Source: a bacterium
Lineage (GTDB): Bacteria > Fidelibacterota > Fidelibacteria > Fidelibacterales > Fidelibacteraceae
Length of the DNA stretch: 64,000 bases
Reading direction: 5' to 3'
Assembly (NCBI GenBank): GCA_963676395.1
Contig: OY781066.1
Location: 1,152,001 to 1,216,000 of the forward strand
Shown here: piece by piece, positions 20,248-29,523 of the stretch
Position numbering within the stretch: the first letter of the stretch is position 1
Layout: each line of letters opens with the position of its first letter
Notes under the pieces: generated by a model
Told to the model about the DNA's origin: nothing
The model's input: the letters and a program-made list of their open reading frames with translations, nothing else
Database searches by the model: none
Program-made: the position numbers and the translations under genes

Positions 20248-20276
20248 TTGACTTTAAGCTATCTTCAAGCTATTTT
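20248..20276 (+). promoter_or_regulatory. Sigma70-like promoter of tRNA-Ser(GGA)
   Basis: TTGACT-17 nt-TATTTT, ending 13 nt before the tRNA. Confidence 0.55.
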
Positions 20277-20289
20277 ACTTAGCTTTTTT

Positions 20290-20379
20290 GGAAAGGTGAC
20301 CGAGCTGGCTGAAGGTGCACGATTGGAAATCGTGTGTACTGTTAACGCGGTACCCCGGGTTCGAATCCCGGCCTTTCCG
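20290..20379 (+). tRNA. tRNA-Ser (anticodon GGA), CCA not encoded
   Basis: Acceptor stem GGAAAGG/CCTTTCC, discriminator G, anticodon arm CACGA-TTGGAAA-TCGTG, long variable arm, GGTTCGAATCC. Confidence 0.96.
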
Positions 20380-20385
20380 CATCAT

Positions 20386-20412
20386 GAAATCCCGCCCTCT
20401 GGGCGGGATTCC
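20386..20412 (+). terminator. Hairpin/terminator after the tRNA
   Basis: AATCCCGCCC-TCT-GGGCGGGATT; weak U-tract. Confidence 0.6.
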
Positions 20413-20781
20413 TTCATATATAAGGGATTTAGAATTGTTATTCTATTTCTTTTTAATTGACTTTGGCTCAGAATTGACTTAATATTTTCAGCAATTAAAA
20501 CATGTCCCGAAAGGGTTCAAATAAAGTTTTCGTCCCCCTCTTGAGAAGTCCCTTTTGGGGCTTCTCTACTATATAGTGTGAAATTTCGAATGTCAAATAT
20601 ACAATTTTACCTCTTAGTTTTAATAAGATATACCAAGGTTTTTTACTGTAATCTCAGCTATTCTTTATTCATAAACACAAGAATTTTCTACTAATTTTTT
20701 ATTCTTAATCATAAGCATTAATTGTCTCTTGGAATTTATATCTTGTTTCTTTATTTTTAGCCCAATACACAGGAGAAATTC

Positions 20782-21675
20782 ATGAATATTCAACTTATCT
20801 ACAACCCGAATTCGGGTGGTGGAAAGGGCGCAAAGCTTTATCCACAAATCCATAAGGCACTCAATGAAGCGGGGCACGAAGTCATTCCATATCGTACGCT
20901 TTACCGTTTTCATGCTTTAGAAATTGCCAAGCACTTGGATCTTAATGCAACAGATTTGGTTTTATCTGCCGGTGGCGATGGAACTATGCATGAAGTATTA
21001 AATGGTTTGATGCAAAATACATCCTCCGATAAGCATCCAACTTTTGGCCTTATTCCTGTTGGCACGGGCAATTCATTTTCCCGTGACTTGAATTTTTGGA
21101 AATGGCAAGATGGTGTTGAAGCCATTATAAATGGTAAAGTTATTGATGTTGACATCATGAAAATTATGTCTGACAAGGAGCCTCACTATTCACTAAATTG
21201 TACCGGCTTTGGCTTTGTTGCCGACGTTAATGTCACCGGTAATAAAATGAAAAAATTCTTTGGTAAAACAGCTTATACGCTTGGTGCTCTAATTGAGATT
21301 CTTCGCTTTAAGCCCCATAAATGCAAGGTTGAAGTTGATGGTGTTCTATATGAATACGATGGTGTTCTAACTAATTTCTCAAACTCTGTGTGGATTGGCG
21401 GCAATATGAAAATTTCACCAACATCCAACATAAGCGATGGGATTGCAGAATGCTTGATATTACATGACCTGCCCAAGAAAAAACTTATGAAAGTGTTTCC
21501 AAAGGTATTTGATGGTTCACATCTTGAAGTAGAGGAATTTGAAATCCTACGCGGAAAACATTTTAAAGCATGGTCTGAACCAGTAAAAGTAACAAACCCC
21601 GATGGTGAAATGTTTGGCGTAACACCTCTTGAAATTACCATGATGCCAAAAGAATTGAGAATGTTAAGTTTATAA
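20782..21675 (+). CDS. Diacylglycerol kinase family lipid kinase (YegS/BmrU-like)
   Basis: YNPNSGGG, AGGDGTMHEVLNG, IPVGTGNSFSR, DGE. Confidence 0.92.
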   Translation: MNIQLIYNPNSGGGKGAKLYPQIHKALNEAGHEVIPYRTLYRFHALEIAKHLDLNATDLVLSAGGDGTMHEVLNGLMQNTSSDKHPTFGLIPVGTGNSFSRDLNFWKWQDGVEAIINGKVIDVDIMKIMSDKEPHYSLNCTGFGFVADVNVTGNKMKKFFGKTAYTLGALIEILRFKPHKCKVEVDGVLYEYDGVLTNFSNSVWIGGNMKISPTSNISDGIAECLILHDLPKKKLMKVFPKVFDGSHLEVEEFEILRGKHFKAWSEPVKVTNPDGEMFGVTPLEITMMPKELRMLSL

Positions 21676-21700
21676 ATAATGTCAGTATAAAAATAGTTTA

Positions 21701-21740
21701 AATAAACAAAAGGCCCGAAATTCGGGTCTTTTTGTTTATT
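21701..21740. terminator. Bidirectional terminator between the lipid kinase and argF
   Basis: AATAAACAAAAGGCCCGA-AAT-TCGGGTCTTTTTGTTTATT. Confidence 0.85.
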
Positions 21741-21778
21741 AAATTTGATATTCGAGGTCTTATAAGCCGTATAGTAGA

Positions 21779-22774
21779 TTAATCTCCCAGCGTTGCAATC
21801 ATAACTGCTTTAATTGTATGCATACGATTTTCCGCTTCATCCCACACGCAGCTAGCATCAGATTCAAATACTTCATCAGATACTTCCATAGCATCAATTC
21901 CATGCTTTTCAAAAATTTCTTGGCCAACTGTTGTTTTTATATCGTGGAAAGCCGGAAGACAATGTAAAAAGATCGTATCACTTTTCCCTGTTTTTGACAT
22001 CATATTTGCATTTACCTGATAGGGAAGTAAAAGTTTAATTCTTTCTTCAAATTGATCTTCTTCGCCCATAGATACCCACACATCCGTATAAATTACATCG
22101 GCATCTTTTACGCCTTCGGTAATATCATCGCAGAGTGAAATCTTTGCTCCGGTATCTTTGGCGATCTCATTTGCTTTTTCAACAAGTTCATCTTGAGGAA
22201 ACAAGTTCTTGGGAGCTACGATCCTAAAATCCATCCCCATCTTGGCGGCACCCACCATCAACGAATTTGCCATATTATTTCTACCATCACCTACAAAAGC
22301 AAAAACGATGTCTTTCAAATAGCCTTTTTGTTCTTTAATGGTTAAAAAATCTGCCAGAATCTGAGTTGGATGAAATGCGTCTGTCAAACCGTTCCAAACA
22401 GGAACTCCGGCATACTCTGCAAGCCCTTCGACTGTTTCATGTTTAAAACCGCGAAATTGAATACCATCAAACATTCTTCCAAGAACGCGTGCGGTATCGG
22501 CTACCGATTCCTTTTTACCAAACTGTACATCATTCTTACCAAGAAATTCAGGATGGGCGCCCTCATCAATCGCAGCAACGGTAAAGGCACATCGGGTACG
22601 GGTTGAGTTCTTTTCGAATAATAAGGCTATATTTTTATTTTCAAGACGGCGAGGAAACTTGCCTTCCTTTTTTTCTTGTTTAACCTGAGCGGAAAGATCA
22701 ATCAGTTCATGGATCTCCTCGGGTGTGTAGTCAAGCAGACTTAGAAATGAACGTCCTTTGAAATTGTTTTTCAT
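21779..22774 (-). CDS. argF: Ornithine carbamoyltransferase
   Basis: STRTR, HPTQ, DVWVSMG, HCLP, ENRMHT. Confidence 0.96.
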   Translation of the reverse strand: MKNNFKGRSFLSLLDYTPEEIHELIDLSAQVKQEKKEGKFPRRLENKNIALLFEKNSTRTRCAFTVAAIDEGAHPEFLGKNDVQFGKKESVADTARVLGRMFDGIQFRGFKHETVEGLAEYAGVPVWNGLTDAFHPTQILADFLTIKEQKGYLKDIVFAFVGDGRNNMANSLMVGAAKMGMDFRIVAPKNLFPQDELVEKANEIAKDTGAKISLCDDITEGVKDADVIYTDVWVSMGEEDQFEERIKLLLPYQVNANMMSKTGKSDTIFLHCLPAFHDIKTTVGQEIFEKHGIDAMEVSDEVFESDASCVWDEAENRMHTIKAVMIATLGD

Positions 22775-23033
22775 ATGTATACTCCTTTTTGATAGGGTAA
22801 TATACGGAATAGTTTTTTATAAAAAAGTATTCGAGCACAATATTTATCAATTTTATCTAAAGTGGATATATTCGGATAAAGTGCCTTAAGCACATCTCGC
22901 CACTCTGAAAGTGCATTAATCAACAATGCATTTTTTTCATTTCGACCTCTTAAATATACTTTCTGTTTCAAATCCAAGTTCATATAACTAACAATAAAGT
23001 CCAAAATTAATATCAATTATTTAATTTTCAGTT

Positions 23034-24158
23034 TTACCGCCAATCCAAAAAACAGGAGCTTGGAGTCTTCTTGCAAAAAGAAAGATCAGCATTATCCAGG
23101 CCAAAAACCTGAACGAACATTTTCTTTGGAAACGGCAGAAAGTTTGCCTTTAACATTGGCGTGATGGGGAAATAAGGGATATAGGGCGTTTGTATACCTT
23201 TCCAACCGGCTTCTTTAGCCTTAAAGTTAAGCAGGTGAATTAGATTGACTGCAGAGCGCTTAGAAAGGTGATCCATATTGATCAGATCGACCCAGCCAAA
23301 AGGAATAATGTTGCGAAAGCCGGCAAAATTAAATTTCCAAGCGAGTACAAAACCATCAACTTTGCCCTTGTTGTTTTCGTGCACACAACAAATAATCCCG
23401 GGCTGGTCCATATACCAATTAAAATCATCGCGATCCTTAATGATCGAAGCATCTTTTGTAGAACGATATTCATCTAACAATTCAAAGATCGTATTTTTAT
23501 CTTCCGGCTTGTAAAGACGAACCAAGTTACCGGTTTTCATCGGCTTAATTTTTTTAATTCGCGGAGGTGAAATCAAACGAATAATCCAGCGCTCGTAGAA
23601 TTTTAATTTCATAACCTTTCGCACCGCGGGAATATCAAAGATACGAATGATAAACCAATTGATATCGAACCATTTTATTGTTTTAACTCCTTTATTCCGA
23701 TTGGCGGTAGCAGACCCAAGATCTTTACCGTGCTGCTCTGGTTCAAAGATAGCATAGGCATGTGTAAAGCATCTCTCCTTAAATCCTTCAATAAACTTTG
23801 AGACCAAAAGTGAGCCTACACCCTTGCGTTTATGGTCGGGATGAACAGCTGCCCAGGAAGGCACCATAACCCGAATGGTTTTAGTTAAATCTTTTTCATT
23901 GATGACAAGATCCCGGGGTAAACCTCCCATAAAGCCGACAATATCTCCGCTTCCCACATAAGTAACTTTTACAAAAAACTGCCCCTTTAAATAGGGTGAA
24001 CCAAAAAGTCGCCTTAACATCATGGCATCAAATACGATGGTAGTACCTTCTTTTTGAGCCGCATCGTCTGAAAGAAATGCCTCGGAGATGAGCTCAGAAA
24101 ACATCTCGATATTATCTTTATTCAGATCGAATATTTCCGCTTTATAATCGTTAAACAT
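23034..24158 (-). CDS. GNAT-family acyltransferase, probably tandem GNAT domains
   Basis: Motif A AVHPDHKRKGVG; second domain VRLYKPED...GKVDGF. Start ATG 24158 with AGGGG RBS. Confidence 0.7.
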   Translation of the reverse strand: MFNDYKAEIFDLNKDNIEMFSELISEAFLSDDAAQKEGTTIVFDAMMLRRLFGSPYLKGQFFVKVTYVGSGDIVGFMGGLPRDLVINEKDLTKTIRVMVPSWAAVHPDHKRKGVGSLLVSKFIEGFKERCFTHAYAIFEPEQHGKDLGSATANRNKGVKTIKWFDINWFIIRIFDIPAVRKVMKLKFYERWIIRLISPPRIKKIKPMKTGNLVRLYKPEDKNTIFELLDEYRSTKDASIIKDRDDFNWYMDQPGIICCVHENNKGKVDGFVLAWKFNFAGFRNIIPFGWVDLINMDHLSKRSAVNLIHLLNFKAKEAGWKGIQTPYIPYFPITPMLKANFLPFPKKMFVQVFGLDNADLSFCKKTPSSCFLDWR

Positions 24159-24287
24159 CGTATTACCCCTAATATTTATTTTACTGCCATGTAATATATT
24201 TGTTTTTAGCAAATTATCTCTCGTATTTTATAAATATTCATGTTTCATGTTTTAGCACAATTACGCAAATATTTGTCGCTTCTTATA

Positions 24288-24308
24288 CTTTTGCCTTTTG
24301 CCTTTTGT
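24288..24308. repeat. Tandem heptamer CTTTTGC x3
   Basis: CTTTTGC CTTTTGC CTTTTGT, ending just before the MFS start. Confidence 0.7.
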
Positions 24309-24316
24309 CTTGAAAT

Positions 24317-25591
24317 ATGTATTTTCCCACCATGAGTGAATTACGTCAATTGGCCAAACGCTATCTTTCTATACCAAAGTCGATCAAACTTTTGATCCTT
24401 GGTGCATTTCTTTTGCAGCTGTTAAATGCAACCGCAATGCTTATCATGAATATTTACCTTAGTAAGCTTGGATATGTTGATTCTGAGATAGCCGATTTTG
24501 TATCCTATCGTTTTATCAGTATTCTACTTTTTAGTATTCCTTTTGGATTAATCATTAAGGGTAAAAAATTAAAACCTTTTTTCATTACCGGAGCCTTAAT
24601 TGTTCCCATATCTGGAGTAGCATTACTTTTTGCGGCCAATGCACATATGGATATTTATATAAAGATTCTATTTTTCATCAGTAGTCTTGGATTCATGTTA
24701 ATGCATGTCACTGCATTACCTTTTATTTTGAGACATGGTAAAGAAGAAACACTTTCGGAAAGCATTGCTCTTAATTTTGCGGTTTGGAGTCTTGCAACTA
24801 TTGTTGCCGGTTTTCTTATAAAATTTATTTTTAGTATTGCTCCCAATATTGGCTTAACACAGATTGGTGAATTTGAGGTCATTCTTGGAATATCCTTGAT
24901 AGGAACCTTAAGTATTATACCTTTTTCGTTAATTAAAGAAATTGCCCCAAAACCAGTTGAGCATCATAATGTTTTTCAACATTTAAAAAGCTATAATTGG
25001 AATAGGATCTTCCGCGGATTAGCACCTATGTTCCTTATCTCTATCGGCGCCGGTTTGACCATACCTTTTATGAATCTTTACTTCCATTCTGTATTTAAAA
25101 TGGATTCTGATTCATTTGCACTTATGGGCTCGATTGCCGCTATTATAGTTTTTATTGGTGGAATCATAACGCCATTATTGAGACGGAAACTTGGGTATGG
25201 GTTATCAATTGCTATCACACAATTTTCGGCAATTATTATGCTATTAGCTCTTGCTTCTACACAACTATATTCACATCTTGGTTTTGCCATATGGTTGGCG
25301 GGAGGCACCTTTATACTCAGACAACCATTAATGAATATGGCTTCTCCCATTACGTCTGAATTGGTTATGAAGTATGTCGGTGAACAAAATCGCGAACTAA
25401 TATCTGCTATTGAATCAGGCTTATGGAATGCCTCTTGGTTTGTATCTGCCAAAATCTTTCAATATCTAAGAAGCTTAGATTTAGCATACTACAAAATTTT
25501 TGTTATTACTGCAATTCTCTACAGTTTTGGCACGATAACATATTTGTTTCTGGTTCGAAGATATAATAAAGAAGTAAAACAAAATTCATAA
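24317..25591 (+). CDS. MFS transporter
   Basis: About 12 hydrophobic segments in two halves; GAGLTIPFMNLYF; RQPLMNM. Confidence 0.85.
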   Translation: MYFPTMSELRQLAKRYLSIPKSIKLLILGAFLLQLLNATAMLIMNIYLSKLGYVDSEIADFVSYRFISILLFSIPFGLIIKGKKLKPFFITGALIVPISGVALLFAANAHMDIYIKILFFISSLGFMLMHVTALPFILRHGKEETLSESIALNFAVWSLATIVAGFLIKFIFSIAPNIGLTQIGEFEVILGISLIGTLSIIPFSLIKEIAPKPVEHHNVFQHLKSYNWNRIFRGLAPMFLISIGAGLTIPFMNLYFHSVFKMDSDSFALMGSIAAIIVFIGGIITPLLRRKLGYGLSIAITQFSAIIMLLALASTQLYSHLGFAIWLAGGTFILRQPLMNMASPITSELVMKYVGEQNRELISAIESGLWNASWFVSAKIFQYLRSLDLAYYKIFVITAILYSFGTITYLFLVRRYNKEVKQNS

Positions 25592-25643
25592 TAAATATTA
25601 TACTACGACTTTACCGCAGTATAATATTATTTCATAAACTCAA

Positions 25644-27131
25644 TTATTTATTTAAGTATGTTTTTCTTGCTGTAATGGCTTTAGCATAGGCAATTTCGTA
25701 GTGTTCTGCCGAATCATCCCAAGAAAATGATTTTAACATCGCGCGTTTTTGCATTGCCTTATAATGCTTGGGTCTATCATACCATGTTGATACAGCCCAA
25801 CCAATAGTATCGTAAATAGCGCGCTCTTGTAAATCATAAAACTTAAAGCCCGTGCCTTCACCATTTTGTTCGTTATACTGTTCAACCGTGTCTTCTAATC
25901 CACCCGTTGCACGTACAATTGGCAATGTTCCATAACGAAGTGAATAAATTTGATTTAAACCACAGGGTTCGTAACGAGATGGCATAATGAAGAAATCGGA
26001 ACCGGCTTCAATTTTATGAGCCAATATATTGTTATAACCTATCTGCACACCAATTTTACCGGGATATTTTTTAGACAAGGATGTAAAATAGTTTTCAAGG
26101 TATTTATCACCGGATCCCAAAACAGCAAATTGGACATGCATATTATTAACGATAGCTTCAATCGTATTAGCAAGAATATTTAAGCCTTTTTGTTCAGCCA
26201 TTCTTGAAACAATACCAATGATCGGGGCTTCATTATCATCTAATTGATAATAATTTCTTAAATCCTTTTTGCAAGCTGGTTTCCCGGTCATATTACGTGT
26301 ACTATACTTCTTTGCAATAAGAGTATCCACAGATGGATCCCATTCACTATAATCAACCCCATTTAGAATACCGACGTAATTTTCACCTTTATTTAATAAA
26401 TACTCATGTAAACCAAATGACTGCTCTTCATACAATGTTTCATTTGCATATGTAGGAGATACGGTGTTAACAAGATCGGCAAAATGAATTCCCCCTTTTA
26501 GTAAATTGATTTCACCGTAATCTTCAAAAACATAAGGATTAAAATCACCTTCGCGAAAACCAAGGTACTCATAATCTTTCTTGGGATACTTGCCTTGATA
26601 GCCAATATTGTGGATTGTTAAAATTCCGGCAGAATTTCCGAGGCAAGCATCATTCCAGTGATGTGTTTTTAAATAAGCCAATGCTGCTGATGTTTGCCAA
26701 TCATGCGCATGAACAATATCAACTTTGATTTGTTTTGTTCTACACAAGTAGAGAGCTGCTTGGGATAAAAAAGCAAATCGTTGAGGATTGTCTAAATAAT
26801 CATGTTGGGCTCTATTACAGTACATTCCCTCACGATAAAAATATTTCTGAAAATCTATAAAATAATATTCAAGGTTTGAGTTGATTTTTTTGGGATGGAC
26901 AAGACACCATTCTTCTGTACTTCCCATCCATAAATTCATGGAAAATGGAGCTTCATCTGATTTAATGAATTCTGACGGTATAGAAGCATAAAGAGGCATT
27001 ACAACAATAACTTTGTGACCTCTTTCGGCTAAAGTTTTAGATAGTGCTCCACTAACATCCGCTAATCCACCGGACTTAGCGTAGGGTACGCTTTCAGAAG
27101 CTACAAAAAGAATTGTGTGACGCTTTGCCAT
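25644..27131 (-). CDS. glgA: Glycogen synthase
   Basis: KSGGLADV, HAHDWQ, TIHN, GILNGVD, MPSRYEPCGL, TGGLEDTV. Confidence 0.95.
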   Translation of the reverse strand: MAKRHTILFVASESVPYAKSGGLADVSGALSKTLAERGHKVIVVMPLYASIPSEFIKSDEAPFSMNLWMGSTEEWCLVHPKKINSNLEYYFIDFQKYFYREGMYCNRAQHDYLDNPQRFAFLSQAALYLCRTKQIKVDIVHAHDWQTSAALAYLKTHHWNDACLGNSAGILTIHNIGYQGKYPKKDYEYLGFREGDFNPYVFEDYGEINLLKGGIHFADLVNTVSPTYANETLYEEQSFGLHEYLLNKGENYVGILNGVDYSEWDPSVDTLIAKKYSTRNMTGKPACKKDLRNYYQLDDNEAPIIGIVSRMAEQKGLNILANTIEAIVNNMHVQFAVLGSGDKYLENYFTSLSKKYPGKIGVQIGYNNILAHKIEAGSDFFIMPSRYEPCGLNQIYSLRYGTLPIVRATGGLEDTVEQYNEQNGEGTGFKFYDLQERAIYDTIGWAVSTWYDRPKHYKAMQKRAMLKSFSWDDSAEHYEIAYAKAITARKTYLNK

Positions 27132-27233
27132 TCATGCTCCAAAATATTCTCTATCAAATATAGTTGATACAAATAAAAAAACCTGCGTTTTTTCAACAAA
27201 TCGTTAAAAAAGACACAGGTTTAAATAATTAAA

Positions 27234-27890
27234 CTATTTTGTGTTCAGCTTGAATGTGACGGGAATCGAAATCCACACGCCAACATTTCTATCACGCTGT
27301 TTTGCCGGTTTGAACTTGGTCTTTTTAATCGCAGAGATCGCGGCTTCGTCCAATCCGGTACCGGGCATACCTTTCAAAACAACACAGTGTTCTACAATTC
27401 CTTTATCATTGATAAATGATTGAATATTCACTGTACCCTCAATACCGGCTTCTTTAGCAATTTCGGGATAAACCACATTGCGTGAGATAGCGGCCTGACC
27501 ACCGATAGGTGTAGGAGGTTCATCATATGCAATAAACTCAACCACAATACCACCATCACCTTCACTGGGAGGGGGAGGAGGAGCATCAATAGCTTCGTAA
27601 TCATCAAAATCCATATCATCAATAGTGAAGTCTTCAGAAATCTCTTCATCTTCACTAATAACAGGGATAGATGGACGTTGTTGAGGTGCTTGCATTTGTT
27701 GCAAGTCAACCTGAGGTATTTCCTCTGATTGAATAAACTCAATGACTGTTTCTTTTTGTATTTCTACTTCGCGTTCAAACTTTGGAAATAGATAGACCAC
27801 TAAAACAGCAATAGCTAACACAGCAACGATCGCGATTTCCGTCATGAAACCGGAACGAGCTTTAAAGCGTTCAAATTGTTTTGCTGGCAT
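27234..27890 (-). CDS. tonB: Energy transducer TonB
   Basis: N-terminal TM, Pro-rich linker, YPEIAKEAGIEG..FKPA C-terminal domain. Confidence 0.88.
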   Translation of the reverse strand: MPAKQFERFKARSGFMTEIAIVAVLAIAVLVVYLFPKFEREVEIQKETVIEFIQSEEIPQVDLQQMQAPQQRPSIPVISEDEEISEDFTIDDMDFDDYEAIDAPPPPPSEGDGGIVVEFIAYDEPPTPIGGQAAISRNVVYPEIAKEAGIEGTVNIQSFINDKGIVEHCVVLKGMPGTGLDEAAISAIKKTKFKPAKQRDRNVGVWISIPVTFKLNTK

Positions 27891-27909
27891 TTAATTACTC
27901 CTGTTCTAT

Positions 27910-28317
27910 CTACTTAGGTTTCGCTGAATAATTTACTTTCAACGCCGAAGCATCCCTTAGTTCATTCTGTACATCTGAAACCACACCCATCTGAGTCTCT
28001 TGGTCGGAACGCATAGAGATCGTCAGCATATTATCATTTCTTCGCAAAGGATAAATCACCTCAGATACATCTTCAACATTTAGAAGCTTATCTTGAATAC
28101 TAATACGACCCGTACGATCAATAAAGACATAAAGTACAGATTGCTTAGGTGTATCAAGCTTTGCAATAGAACGAGCACGAGGAAGTTTGACTTTCAAACC
28201 CTCGACGGTCTTCAATGATGTTGCCGCCATAAAAAAGATCAGCAACATAAAGATAATATCAGACATAGAGGAAGTGGGAATTCCCGCTTTGGGCTTTTTA
28301 TTTTTTTTAATCGCCAT
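27910..28317 (-). CDS. exbD: Biopolymer transporter ExbD
   Basis: SSMSDIIFMLLIFFM TM helix with conserved Asp. Confidence 0.9.
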   Translation of the reverse strand: MAIKKNKKPKAGIPTSSMSDIIFMLLIFFMAATSLKTVEGLKVKLPRARSIAKLDTPKQSVLYVFIDRTGRISIQDKLLNVEDVSEVIYPLRRNDNMLTISMRSDQETQMGVVSDVQNELRDASALKVNYSAKPK

Positions 28318-28325
28318 AATTCCTC

Positions 28326-28724
28326 CTACTCAGTACCGATAAGTGCTAGTTTCTTGACTTTTGCTTTGGTCAATTCATCAACCACATCGATATAATCCTG
28401 ATATTTCGTTTTTCTGTCTGTTTGAACAGAAAATACCATATTGGGATTACCCGCTTCCAACTGGCGTGCTCGAACTGAGATCTCGTCAACCGGGATCACA
28501 TCCTCATTAAACAAAACATCACCATTGGCATTAACCAATACCATCGTAATATTCTTTGGATTCAATTTAATTTCAGCATCACCTGGTGGTGGCAGAACAA
28601 CACCAAGGCCTTTATCAGTATCAACATTTGATACCAATAAGAAAAATATCAGTAACAGAAACGCAATGTCAGACATTGACGAAGATGGGATCTCCGGAGG
28701 TGTTCTTTTTTTCTTAACTAACAT
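28326..28724 (-). CDS. exbD: Biopolymer transporter ExbD (second paralogue)
   Basis: SSMSDIAFLLLIFFL. Confidence 0.9.
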   Translation of the reverse strand: MLVKKKRTPPEIPSSSMSDIAFLLLIFFLLVSNVDTDKGLGVVLPPPGDAEIKLNPKNITMVLVNANGDVLFNEDVIPVDEISVRARQLEAGNPNMVFSVQTDRKTKYQDYIDVVDELTKAKVKKLALIGTE

Positions 28725-28754
28725 ATGAACATCCTGTCATTACTGTTATGGTTA

Positions 28755-29366
28755 TTATTTGACCTTTTTGTTTTCAAGGGTATCAAGTAGATCCAATGAA
28801 GCTCTTTCCATATCAATGACAAGATTGTCAATCTGAAATAGGAAAAAGTTCTGGAAAACCTGAATGATCATCGCAACAACAAGACCGAATAGAGTTGTTA
28901 AAAGAGCCTGTGAAATACCAACCGCAACAACTGCAGGTGACATATCATTGGCAGCAGCAATATCCTGGAATGCTGTAACCATACCGGCAACTGTTCCGGT
29001 AAAACCAAGCATAGGTGCAATAACGATAACTGTTGATAACCAAATCTGATTCTTTTCGAGGAAAGTCATTTCCAATGAACCAATGGTATCCAAAGTTTTT
29101 TCAACTCTGGCCAATCCTTTATCGGCATGACGAAGAGCTTCAGCATACATAACGGCAATAGGACTTGTTGAATTTTCACATTCTTCCATTGCGGCTTTAA
29201 TGCCTTGTTCTTCTAAAGTTACTTTAACGGTTTTGGTGAAAGCTTTTGTTTTTGTCGTAATTGTAATAAGAGCGTAAAGACGTTCAAATACAATGACAAG
29301 ACCAACAATAAAAACACCCAGAATGGGCCACATAAAGGGACCACCATCTAAAAAGAGCTTTACCAT
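28755..29366 (-). CDS. exbB: MotA/TolQ/ExbB proton channel protein
   Basis: GGPFMWPI, APMLGFTGTVAGM, GISQALLTTLFGL; GGAGG RBS before ATG 29366. Confidence 0.92.
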   Translation of the reverse strand: MVKLFLDGGPFMWPILGVFIVGLVIVFERLYALITITTKTKAFTKTVKVTLEEQGIKAAMEECENSTSPIAVMYAEALRHADKGLARVEKTLDTIGSLEMTFLEKNQIWLSTVIVIAPMLGFTGTVAGMVTAFQDIAAANDMSPAVVAVGISQALLTTLFGLVVAMIIQVFQNFFLFQIDNLVIDMERASLDLLDTLENKKVK

Positions 29367-29523
29367 AAATTTAACCTCCAAATTAGCGTTTTAATTTACG
29401 TATACAACATATCATATTAAACAAATACGATTCTAAAGTCAATATATTATTATTCACAGTACCAATAATAACAGCTTGTAAATATAAGGTCAAAAGCTAT
29501 CTTTTCCCTAATATTTTCTATTG

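Noticed and set aside
10978..20379. Genomic island bounded by the two tRNA-Ser genes
   Set aside because: No integrase, no duplicated tRNA 3' end seen, and the content is housekeeping
20182..20460. 92-aa ORF
   Set aside because: Spans the tRNA-Ser(GGA) gene; spurious
22771..23016. 81-aa ORF and possible ARG boxes upstream of argF
   Set aside because: The ORF has no motif or RBS; the TGCA-containing segments fit the ARG-box consensus poorly
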